Position numbers and translations under genes: made by a program
Source: Candidatus Anoxychlamydiales bacterium
Lineage (GTDB): Bacteria > Chlamydiota > Chlamydiia > Chlamydiales > SM23-39
Assembly: GCA_011065125.1 (NCBI GenBank)
Contig: JAAKFI010000002.1
Span: 23-64,022 of the forward strand
Reading direction: 5' to 3'
DNA: 64,000 nucleotides
The notes under the pieces: model-generated
The model's database searches: none
What the model saw: only the letters and a program-made list of their open reading frames with translations
Told to the model about the DNA's origin: nothing
Shown: positions 55,973 through 64,000 of the stretch, in pieces
How positions within the stretch are numbered: position 1 is the first letter of the stretch
How the letters are laid out: every line of letters starts with the position of its first letter

Positions 55973-57136
55973 CTAGCCAAACATCAATAGAGATGGTTTA
56001 AAAATTAATAAAATTCCTAATATCAATAAAATGCTTCCTCCTATTAAATGAGTAAACCTTGAAAATTTACCACTAATATTAAGTAAGTTTAAAGTATATA
56101 CGGCAATTACAAAAATTATTAAGTCATCTAACATAAAAATTAAAATATATAAAAGAATATAAGAGTAATAACTAAAAGAACTCAAATTAGAAAGAGAGAG
56201 TATCTGTAAATATACGACTGGAAGTCCAGCAGAGCATATAAGCTCTATTAAATTTACAAAAAAAGCTAATAATATTATCCCAATAGATGCAAAAAAAAGA
56301 TTTTTTTTATTTGTTAAAAAAGTGATTTTTTCTTTTGTTTTTTCTTTGAATTTAGAAGACGTCACGTTACAAGTAATATTTTTTTTAAAAAACTCTTTTA
56401 AATAATATACTCCACCAATGATAGCAATGGATCCTATTACAAACTTTATCCATTTTACATAAGAGAAAAACATTAAAAAATTAAGCCAAGCTATCATAAA
56501 CATCAAATAGACTAAAGATGATGTTAAAATAAATAAAAATCCTAAAAAAAATAGTTTTTTTCTATTATTTATAGTAATTAAAAAAGAAAGCAACATAACA
56601 AGCGCCCACATAGCGCATGGATTAAATCCATCAACTAAAGCAATTAGTATAGTAATAAGTGGCAGTGATAAATTTTTTAAATTTATCTCTTTTAAAAAAG
56701 GAAGTTTGATTTTTTCAATAACGTTATGCTTGCCATTTTTTAAATCTACCTCTTCTTTTTTTTTTATACTTTCGATTAGATCTATAGATTGATTTTCATA
56801 TGCATATAAAATTGCATTTTCTATATTTTTTCCAGTAGTTTCCTCTGATAAAAACCCAGCAAAATATCTATCTCCTACAACTGTTAGTGGAACTCTTGGA
56901 TTTTTAATATTAAATTTTTGTGCAACTTTTTTATATAAAATTTGATTTTCTTTTTTTAAGTAAATATCAAAGTTTTGAACGTTTATATAAGAATATTTTT
57001 TTTGTAATTTTTCTAAAAAAACTTTCTCTTTTTTACAGTGAGGACACTCTTTAGATGAAAAAAGATATATATTAACTTTTTCATTAGAAAATAAAAAAGA
57101 GCTTAAAAATATAAAAATTATTAAAAATTTTTTCAT
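55973..57136 (-). CDS. Thioredoxin-fold (CPHC) domain fused to a DsbD/CcdA-superfamily membrane domain
   Basis: Signal peptide, then IYLFSSKECPHCKKEKVFL (glutaredoxin/thioredoxin-like CxxC). The membrane domain has conserved Cys in DGFNPCAMWAL and LICSAGLPV, i.e. one Cys per half as in CcdA/DsbD-beta. Confidence 0.7.
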   Translation of the reverse strand: MKKFLIIFIFLSSFLFSNEKVNIYLFSSKECPHCKKEKVFLEKLQKKYSYINVQNFDIYLKKENQILYKKVAQKFNIKNPRVPLTVVGDRYFAGFLSEETTGKNIENAILYAYENQSIDLIESIKKKEEVDLKNGKHNVIEKIKLPFLKEINLKNLSLPLITILIALVDGFNPCAMWALVMLLSFLITINNRKKLFFLGFLFILTSSLVYLMFMIAWLNFLMFFSYVKWIKFVIGSIAIIGGVYYLKEFFKKNITCNVTSSKFKEKTKEKITFLTNKKNLFFASIGIILLAFFVNLIELICSAGLPVVYLQILSLSNLSSFSYYSYILLYILIFMLDDLIIFVIAVYTLNLLNISGKFSRFTHLIGGSILLILGILLIFKPSLLMFG

Positions 57137-57201
57137 GGTTATTTAAAATTAACTTTTAATTTTTAAATAACATTAAATTTATTTATTTGAAAATAGGTTT
57201 T

Positions 57202-57933
57202 TTAAAAAAAATCTTCTTTTTTTAAAATTCGAAAGGTTCCTTCTTTTAGATTGGATAGTTTTATATTTCCAACTCTTACTCTTTTTAAGTTAGTCACTTT
57301 TAAATCTACTAGCTCCAGCATTCTTCTAATCTGTCTTTTTTTTCCTTCTTTTAGGATAATATTTAAACAATTTTTATTTTGTTGTTTAACTATTGCTTTT
57401 TTTAATGAATTTCCATCTAGATTTAAACCTAGGGTTAGCTTATCAATTTTTTCTTTTGTAAGAATCCCTTCAAAATATACCAAATACTCCTTTTCCATAT
57501 TGGAATTGGGGCCAATTAGTTTTTTAGCAATTGTTCCATCTTGAGTAAAAATAAGTAATCCTTTGGAATCTATATCTAATCTTCCAACAACTGATAATCT
57601 CTTTAGCATAGAAGATAAAAATTTCATGTCATCAAACTTTGATTGATTCTTTTTTAATATAAGCTCTTTTGCATCTTTATAACCCTTTTCAGCTTGGGTA
57701 GATACATAACCAATTGGCTTATTTAAAATAATTGTAACTTTTTCTTTTTGAGCATTTAAAGCTTTTGAAAGTAATTTGATATTACAATCCGGAAATACTT
57801 TTACACCTTGCTTGTCTATTATTGTGCCGTCTATTTCAATTAGCCTTTTTTCAATATAGTATTCAGCCTCTCTTCTAGAGCATATTCCTTTTAAAGATAA
57901 AAGCTTTGAAATTCTAATTTTTTCTTTTGTCAT
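57202..57933 (-). CDS. Pseudouridine synthase, RsuA/RluF family (second paralog in the window)
   Basis: S4 motif RISKLLSLKGICSRREAE. Catalytic GRLDIDSKGLLIFTQDG. Confidence 0.9.
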   Translation of the reverse strand: MTKEKIRISKLLSLKGICSRREAEYYIEKRLIEIDGTIIDKQGVKVFPDCNIKLLSKALNAQKEKVTIILNKPIGYVSTQAEKGYKDAKELILKKNQSKFDDMKFLSSMLKRLSVVGRLDIDSKGLLIFTQDGTIAKKLIGPNSNMEKEYLVYFEGILTKEKIDKLTLGLNLDGNSLKKAIVKQQNKNCLNIILKEGKKRQIRRMLELVDLKVTNLKRVRVGNIKLSNLKEGTFRILKKEDFF

Positions 57934-58085
57934 TTTTAAAATAATTTTTATTTTTTAACATTATGATTTTATCAAAAAATAGTAATTTATTGGGTATAAA
58001 TAAATTTTATAATTATATTATATTAATATTTTTGATACTCAAACTCTTGATTTATAATAACTTTATTAAATAAATAAGAAAAAAA

Positions 58086-58637
58086 TTAATGAGAAGTCTC
58101 ATAATTAAATCTTTTACATAATCCTAATTCTATTCTAAAATTATTTTCTACATTCCAAGCTGCTTGTTCCAATTTATTTGGAAATCTAGGATCTAGAGGA
58201 ATGTCCTCATAACTTAAATTTTCTAAAAATTGTACAATATGTACAAGCTCATGAAATAGTCCTGCAGCTATTACTCGGATATCTTCAGCTCTATTATTAG
58301 CAGCATATTCCCTCTCCTCTTCTCCAAATCTATTTTCTATAATGCAAAACTCTCTTATTGAAAGTATATTTGTAAAGTCTGGAAAATGAATTACCCCTAA
58401 TTTATCTTTAAAAATTTCAACTGTTCTTGCTTCCCAAAATTTCCCCTCTTCAATAAAAATCCTATTAACCTCTGTTGCCATAAGGATGGCTAACATAAGC
58501 TTGCCAGTATTAGTCTGCTTAATCATTCCTAAAGCACTTTTAATAACTTCAGTATTTGATTTTTTACAATCAATGAAATAAAAAAGATCCTCAATAGTAG
58601 GTTCTATTCCTGTGGGATTATATATTAAAAGACTCAT
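58086..58637 (-). CDS. Small zincin-like metalloprotease candidate (HExxH), possibly M91/NleD-HopH1-like effector fold
   Basis: HELVH at codons 129-133 (plus 58239-58253, read as CAT GAG CTT GTA CAT on the minus strand). No signal peptide. The layout ...ALGMIKQTNTGKLMLAIL...NRIFIEEG...GVIHFP...AAGLFHELVHI resembles the M91 effector-protease pattern from memory. ATGA overlap with the upstream gene. Confidence 0.55.
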   Translation of the reverse strand: MSLLIYNPTGIEPTIEDLFYFIDCKKSNTEVIKSALGMIKQTNTGKLMLAILMATEVNRIFIEEGKFWEARTVEIFKDKLGVIHFPDFTNILSIREFCIIENRFGEEEREYAANNRAEDIRVIAAGLFHELVHIVQFLENLSYEDIPLDPRFPNKLEQAAWNVENNFRIELGLCKRFNYETSH

Positions 58638-60670
58638 GCGGTTTTCATTTTTTGTTTGCTTGTTTTTAAAAGATCTTTATTTAAATCTACATCTTGAGAT
58701 TCTGTTTGAGGAGAAACATTTCTGTTATTAGGATTAGCATTCACAAAGGCATCTAAAAAGCTAGTTCCCCCCATTCCAAGGTTATAAGAGCATAACACTC
58801 TACTTGCTATATTTTTACCAACTAGAGCTTTATTTCCAGCAGATAGAATTAAAGCAGGTGCAGCAAATTGAGAAGCATATAACCCTGTTAAAAAACCTTT
58901 AATAACCATTTTCTTAAATAATTCTTTTTTAACTTCATTAAAAAGATCATCTACTTTGACTGCTTCTTCATTAGATAAATGCTTGAGTGCTTTTAAAACT
59001 AATTGAGGATTTAATAAAGATCCAAAATTAACAATTTTTTGAATCGAAGCTAAATAAATTTCTTCTATATAAATTTGCAGTTTAATCTCTTCTAATTTTT
59101 TATCTGCTATTTCTATTTTCTGAATAGCTGCTAATTGACTTATCCAATGCTTTTTTTTGTCTTCATTTGTCGATGTTTTGATTCTTTTTTCAATCCATTT
59201 TTCAACATCGATTTTTTTCATTTTTTTAATTTCTTTATATTTTTTATCTACTTCTTCTTTTGTTAATATGAATTTTTCACGTAAATATTTTTCTTTGTCT
59301 TTAGAGTCTATTTCTTTATATCTTTTTATAATGTCTATCAACATTTTTATAGAAAATGCTGTCGCACAGATAAAACAAATAAAATTAATTCCATACATCC
59401 CAGGGGAATTTATTAAATTAATTATAGTTAAAATCCCTGCTAATAATGTCGTAACACTATAAACAATATTAAGAATTGCTTTTACTTGAGCTTTTTTATC
59501 ATTAGATTTGATAGCATTTTTAAACTCTGTTACTGAAGCTGTTGATTGTGTATATCCAGATAAAACTAATAAAACACCAGCTGGATATCCAATGCAACTT
59601 TCTATAGTATGGATAGCAGATAATGTAGATAATGGTATATGAAGATTATTATGTGATAATATTAGTGTTGTAATGAATATAGTTCCTAGTATTGACAGTA
59701 AAATTCCGTTTAAAATTGCATTTGAAGTCCCCGATAATAAATAAGTATCTTCTAATCTCTTAATCTCGTTTAAATAACTTTCAATAACTTGTAGCGTTGG
59801 TATAATCTTTTTGTTTGTTTTCCTTATGATTTTATCTAAATTTTTTAAATGAGGATTCTTAGAATCAAAAGTTTTGAATCCTTTTTTGAAAAAATCTGTT
59901 TTATTTTTTAATCTAAAAAGTAAAATTGTTAAAGCAATAACTGGTATACCTAAACCTAACAAATAAGGCGTTGCCATATTAAGATTTTGAATTCCTAAAT
60001 GCAAAGAACTAGATCCACAAAGTAAATACAGAGCAGGTGAATGAGGTAAAACAACTGTAGGTAAAAATGTCCCAATTCCAATAGTTAATGCAAAAAACCC
60101 TAAAAATAATGTGGATACCAAAACAGCTGTAATTATTGGGTTTACTTTGCTTTCTTTTTCTTTTCTTATTTCAGCATCTAAAGCGCCTGTTACATGTTTA
60201 AGCGTTTTATCTATTAAACTTTTATTGAAGATTTCAATAGTTTTGGATTTTAAAAAATCTTGGTTAATTTGATCTAATTCAAAAGTATCTTCAAAATTAT
60301 CTGATTTTTTTCTTGTATCGTCTATCCACAATAGTGGAGTTTTATTTTCTTTAAAAATCACTCTATAAGAAGCCGTGGATAGTCTTTCTGCACCCTGCTG
60401 TTCATATGATTTTTTTAATACTTTTTCGAAAAAAGTCTTTGTTTTTGTAAGACCGTACTTAGTATTTTCATGTCCTAATTTTTTAATATCTTCTTTTGAT
60501 AGATCATATGTTATAATTTCTTCTTGAGTTCCTTTTTTGAATATTTTTAAAGCAACTTTATATGTTTTTTCGTCAGTCTTTTTAGAAACAACTAATTCAA
60601 CATCACACTGTTCACTTATTAGAACACTTAAATCTCTGTCTTTAGCTGTTTTTTCTACTTTCGTACACAT
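58634..60670 (-). CDS. Large membrane protein with three paired hydrophobic lobes and coiled-coil regions (Inc-like or translocator-like candidate T3SS substrate)
   Basis: 678 aa. Soluble N-terminal ~175 aa, hydrophobic clusters at ~180-255, ~325-385 and ~405-450, a Lys/Glu-rich coiled-coil at ~450-540, and a further amphipathic/hydrophobic C-terminal segment. No family recognised. Confidence 0.6.
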   Translation of the reverse strand: MCTKVEKTAKDRDLSVLISEQCDVELVVSKKTDEKTYKVALKIFKKGTQEEIITYDLSKEDIKKLGHENTKYGLTKTKTFFEKVLKKSYEQQGAERLSTASYRVIFKENKTPLLWIDDTRKKSDNFEDTFELDQINQDFLKSKTIEIFNKSLIDKTLKHVTGALDAEIRKEKESKVNPIITAVLVSTLFLGFFALTIGIGTFLPTVVLPHSPALYLLCGSSSLHLGIQNLNMATPYLLGLGIPVIALTILLFRLKNKTDFFKKGFKTFDSKNPHLKNLDKIIRKTNKKIIPTLQVIESYLNEIKRLEDTYLLSGTSNAILNGILLSILGTIFITTLILSHNNLHIPLSTLSAIHTIESCIGYPAGVLLVLSGYTQSTASVTEFKNAIKSNDKKAQVKAILNIVYSVTTLLAGILTIINLINSPGMYGINFICFICATAFSIKMLIDIIKRYKEIDSKDKEKYLREKFILTKEEVDKKYKEIKKMKKIDVEKWIEKRIKTSTNEDKKKHWISQLAAIQKIEIADKKLEEIKLQIYIEEIYLASIQKIVNFGSLLNPQLVLKALKHLSNEEAVKVDDLFNEVKKELFKKMVIKGFLTGLYASQFAAPALILSAGNKALVGKNIASRVLCSYNLGMGGTSFLDAFVNANPNNRNVSPQTESQDVDLNKDLLKTSKQKMKTA

Positions 60671-60759
60671 AATTATTATTAATTATAGTTTTATTGTTAT
60701 TTATACTAATTATTATAACACAAATTAAACTTAAATTAAATATAATTATATGTAATTAA

Positions 60760-60834
60760 ATAATTACAATCGTTTGATTATTACATAATTACAATAAATA
60801 ACCAAATGATTGTTTTAAAAATTTAAATGATTGT
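60760..60834. repeat. Two pairs of short direct repeats upstream of the membrane-protein/zincin operon
   Basis: ATAATTACAAT occurs at 60760-60770 and 60785-60795. AAATGATTGT occurs at 60804-60813 and 60825-60834 (21-nt period). Confidence 0.5.
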
Positions 60835-60845
60835 ATATAAGGAAC

Positions 60846-61661
60846 TTAATTATTTAAAATTTGAAGGAAGACTTTTGGTAAGTATTTAATAACGTCTGAC
60901 GCCATCAAGTTATAGGAGCTTAGATCTTTAGCAGCTAACTTTGAAGCCATAAAATGCATATTTACAGCTAGCATGCTAGCATCATATAAATCCATTTTTT
61001 GAGCTGCAAATGATGCTATCATTCCTGTTAAAACATCTCCAGTTCCAGCACTTGCTAAGCCCGGATCCCCATTCATAATAATTGAAGATTTTTTATCTGG
61101 AGCAAAGATGATGGTTGGGTTTCCTTTTAAAACTATGATTACTTCATGTTCTTTTGAAAATTTTTCTGTTTTTTCTATTAACTCCTCTCCTATTACTTTT
61201 TCATTTAACAATCTTTGCATTTCATATAAATGAGGAGTAAATACAATTTCTTTGGGAAGAGAACAATTTAGATTTTTTGATAAAAAATATAGCGCATCAG
61301 CATCTAAAATTGTCTTAACTTTTATTTTAGGTAAAATTTTTAGAAGTAATTTACTAACTTTTTTATCTCTACCAAGACCAGGACCAATAAAACAACAATC
61401 AGAGCTATTTATATTTTTTAAAATTTCACCTGTCTTAGAATAATCAATTATTAAATTTACAAGCTCATAAAAAGCAGAGGGTATTTCTCTATTTGTTATT
61501 ACTTTAACAATACCAGATCCTGTTTTCAAAGCAGCGAGCGCTGATAATTTGCAAGCTCCATACATCCCTAAAGAACCAGATAAGCCAACTACAAACCCAG
61601 CTTCATATTTATTTCTTGTAGGAATTATTTTTGGAAGAAGATTTTTTAAATTTATATCCAT
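60846..61661 (-). CDS. nnrD: ADP-dependent NAD(P)H-hydrate dehydratase (YjeF C-terminal / NnrD domain only)
   Basis: KYEAGFVVGLSGSLGMYGACKLSALAALKTGSGIV...DADAL...TPH..E...L and GDPGLASAGTGDVLTGMIASF are carbohydrate-kinase YjeF_C signatures. Confidence 0.88.
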   Translation of the reverse strand: MDINLKNLLPKIIPTRNKYEAGFVVGLSGSLGMYGACKLSALAALKTGSGIVKVITNREIPSAFYELVNLIIDYSKTGEILKNINSSDCCFIGPGLGRDKKVSKLLLKILPKIKVKTILDADALYFLSKNLNCSLPKEIVFTPHLYEMQRLLNEKVIGEELIEKTEKFSKEHEVIIVLKGNPTIIFAPDKKSSIIMNGDPGLASAGTGDVLTGMIASFAAQKMDLYDASMLAVNMHFMASKLAAKDLSSYNLMASDVIKYLPKVFLQILNN

Positions 61662-61759
61662 AAAAAAATTAGTTTTGCATCTAATTTATTTATATAACTT
61701 TTATTAACTGCAAAATCAATAGTAAAAAATATTAAACTAAATTTTGTGAAATTAAAAAA

Positions 61760-62758
61760 TTACTTACTCTCTTCTTTGATCTCTCTTTGAAGAAGAAGTT
61801 TTACAACATTTTTTGCTTCTAATTTTTCATATAAAATAGCATTTACTGCTTGAGTGATAGGAACTGGTATATTATGTTTTTTTGCAAGCTCTAGCGCTGC
61901 TATGCATGTATAAGCCCCTTCTACTACCATACCTATTTTTTCTTTAGCTTCATCTAAAGATAAATTTTTAGCTATCAATCTACCAAATCTATAGTTTCTA
62001 GAAAAAGTTGAAAGACATGTAACACATAAATCACCTAAACCAGAAAGACCATTTAGGGTTTCTGAGTCTGCATTTTTAGTAATAGAGAGTTTCTTCATTT
62101 CATGAAGCCCTCTTGTCATTAGTGCAGCTTTTGTATTATCGCCAAAACCAAGACCGTCTGAAATACCACAAGCTATTGCCATGATATTTTTTAAAGCTCC
62201 ACCAAATGACACTCCTAAAATATCACTATTCGGATACACTCTAAAATAAGGCCCATTAAATGCATTTGCTATTTTCATCATAGTATCTTCATTATATGAA
62301 GAGCATACTACTGATGTAGGAAGTTTTTTTATTACCTCTTCCGCATGAGAAGGCCCTGACAAACATCCTATGTATTTTTTATTTTCTTCGCCTAATATTT
62401 CAAGTAAAACTTCTGGAAATAAAAGATCTGTTTTTTGTTCTATTCCTTTTGATGTAATTACAATTGGACAATTTATTTTTGTTATTTTCATTAATCTTGA
62501 AAAAACATCTCTAAGTCCAAGCGATGTTACACTTTCTACTATCATATCAACATCTAACACTGCCTCTTCAAACTTATCAGTGTAAATAATTTCATTTGGA
62601 ACTTTAAAATTATTCAGTTTTGGATGAACTCTTGTTTCCTTTAAAGTTTTAATCAGTTTTGAATCTCTATCCCAAACTATTACAGTGTGATTGTTTTGTG
62701 ATAAAAGTGCTGCAAGAGCTGTTCCCCAAGTTCCTGCACCTAAATAACCTATTTTCAT
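61760..62758 (-). CDS. gpsA: NAD(P)H-dependent glycerol-3-phosphate dehydrogenase
   Basis: MKIGYLGAGTWGTALAALL, GPSHAEEV, GALKNIMAIACGISDGLGFGDNTKAALMTRGL.EM and RNYRFG. Confidence 0.95.
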   Translation of the reverse strand: MKIGYLGAGTWGTALAALLSQNNHTVIVWDRDSKLIKTLKETRVHPKLNNFKVPNEIIYTDKFEEAVLDVDMIVESVTSLGLRDVFSRLMKITKINCPIVITSKGIEQKTDLLFPEVLLEILGEENKKYIGCLSGPSHAEEVIKKLPTSVVCSSYNEDTMMKIANAFNGPYFRVYPNSDILGVSFGGALKNIMAIACGISDGLGFGDNTKAALMTRGLHEMKKLSITKNADSETLNGLSGLGDLCVTCLSTFSRNYRFGRLIAKNLSLDEAKEKIGMVVEGAYTCIAALELAKKHNIPVPITQAVNAILYEKLEAKNVVKLLLQREIKEESK

Positions 62759-62780
62759 TTTTTAATCCTTTTAAGGTATT

Positions 62781-64000
62781 TTAACAATTAATAGTGGGTT
62801 TTTCAAGTAATAGATATTTTTCTATATCTTTTAAAGAATTTATATCCTTTAACGGAGCAAAAATATCTTCTCTTTTCCCAAGAAGAGCTGATACTTTATT
62901 TGCATATTTAAAATTATCAAAAATAAATTTTTCTAATTTATAGCCATATGCATCATTGACAACTCTTTTTTTAGCTAAATGGTATTTTAATTTTTTATCA
63001 TGTGCTTTTTTGATAAAATCAAAAGTTACTGTATATAATCCTGCATTTAAAAATTTATATTCTAAAAAATTATTTATATAGATGTATTCACAGATATTTA
63101 TCTTTCCATCTACTTCGCATAAAACTCCCATTTTTTTATTATTATTTTCTTTTAAAATAGATCTTAATAAAACATCTGAAAAAGTTCTTTTGATATTCCC
63201 TAAAGCATTTTCATCAAAGGGGTTTGCAAGTGGATTATCAATTGGGGTAATATTTAAATACTTAATATTTTTATCTTTATATTTTAAATAAATAGAAGAG
63301 TTATAAAAACTTTTAAAAATAGAGCCGTTTCCATCTGGACCTAACTGAATTTTATCATCTACTAAAATCCATTGGAAATTTTCATCTAAAAAAGCTGCTG
63401 AATCTTGCATGAAAAAATCTATTTGATCAAAACTTAAATCAAAATATTTTTTTTCTTTTAAAAAACTTTTTATCTCTCGATCATTATTAAAAGAAGTCAT
63501 AATTGAAATATATAATTTTACGTTATATTTTTTTTGTATTTTTTTTACTTTATCAAAAAAGATTTCAAATAGAGATTTATTATTTATTTCAAAAAGTCCT
63601 TTTGATTTATGAAAGTTTAATCTACTTCCCATTCCAGCTGACATAACAATACAAGCAGCTTCATTTTTTTTAATAATTTCTTTTCCAACTTTAAAATCTT
63701 CTATTGTAGGATATTCGCAATCTAATAGAGGCTCATATGTTGGTTTTATCTCTTCTTCATCAATTGAAAAATCATATGTGATTGAAAAAGTGTCTTTTAA
63801 TAAATTAATTTTTTTTGAGATAGACAGATTACCTATAGAATTGATTAATTTAGTTTGGTTATATTTAATAAGTTTATGTTTTAAATCTTGAGGATATATA
63901 TATCTTAATAAATCTAGAGTTTTTAATTGATGAAGTTTATGTCCTTCATAAATTTTAGGAATATGAACTAATTTTTTATTTGGAGATTTTACTCTTTGTT
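62781..64000 (-). CDS. Eukaryote-type UDP-sugar pyrophosphorylase (UAP/AGX family); 5' end beyond the window
   Basis: The track starts at MSAGMGSRLNF (63644), but I read the frame stop-free up to position 64000. The upstream translation ...KKNEAACIVMSAGMGSRLNF corresponds to the L(A/S)GGxGTRLG nucleotide-binding loop, which sits about 100 aa into UAP-family proteins. It lies next to gpsA, as in Chlamydia (CT714/CT715). Confidence 0.75.
   Translation of the reverse strand, partial: QRVKSPNKKLVHIPKIYEGHKLHQLKTLDLLRYIYPQDLKHKLIKYNQTKLINSIGNLSISKKINLLKDTFSITYDFSIDEEEIKPTYEPLLDCEYPTIEDFKVGKEIIKKNEAACIVMSAGMGSRLNFHKSKGLFEINNKSLFEIFFDKVKKIQKKYNVKLYISIMTSFNNDREIKSFLKEKKYFDLSFDQIDFFMQDSAAFLDENFQWILVDDKIQLGPDGNGSIFKSFYNSSIYLKYKDKNIKYLNITPIDNPLANPFDENALGNIKRTFSDVLLRSILKENNNKKMGVLCEVDGKINICEYIYINNFLEYKFLNAGLYTVTFDFIKKAHDKKLKYHLAKKRVVNDAYGYKLEKFIFDNFKYANKVSALLGKREDIFAPLKDINSLKDIEKYLLLEKPTINC

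Noticed and set aside
57138-57171. 11-bp inverted repeat (GTTATTTAAAA / TTTTAAATAAC) between the rsuA-like gene and the thioredoxin-CcdA gene, considered as a terminator.
   Set aside because: The stem is almost entirely A-T, the loop is 12 nt, and no U-run follows on the transcribed (minus) strand. It is unlikely to be a functional intrinsic terminator.

Overview
Gene-dense, very AT-rich bacterial chromosome segment with about 65 protein genes and 4 tRNAs. I saw no rRNA, CRISPR array, transposase, integrase or phage genes. Gene content and local gene order point to a chlamydia-like organism (phylum Chlamydiota). The supporting blocks are tsp next to rpsL-rpsG-fusA-rpsJ without tuf, a sctJ-(K)-L-R-S-T type III secretion block, frr-tsf-rpsB next to a ~1080-aa PBP2, gpsA next to a eukaryote-type UDP-sugar pyrophosphorylase, and glgP. 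Most of the window is housekeeping: ribosomal and translation genes, sufBCDS, birA, gpmA, pit, copA, SEDS/PBP2 and two pseudouridine synthases. Six things deserve a second look. (1) A minus-strand block oppA / two tandem GadC-type APC antiporters / aspartate 4-decarboxylase looks like an aspartate:alanine exchange-decarboxylation module built from an unusual transporter family. (2) A Wza/Wzc-type polysaccharide export locus has UDP-xylose synthase and UDP-GlcA 4-epimerase but no glycosyltransferases. Its Wzc-like gene is one ~908-codon frame broken by a single in-frame TAA, and its kinase motifs are degenerate. (3) A Bcs1-like cytidylyltransferase-SDR fusion (candidate CDP-ribitol synthase) abuts tRNA-Lys. 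(4) A translationally coupled pair encodes a 678-aa multi-hydrophobic-lobe membrane protein and a 183-aa HExxH zincin, both candidate T3SS substrates. (5) An 86-codon stop-free extension upstream of the SctK-position gene has no canonical start codon, and an ATG+A7 tract sits one nucleotide out of frame. (6) A small, compositionally GC-richer gene carries a near-consensus promoter, a GGAGGA SD and a clean terminator. All functional calls come from motif and family recognition by eye; no database search was run.
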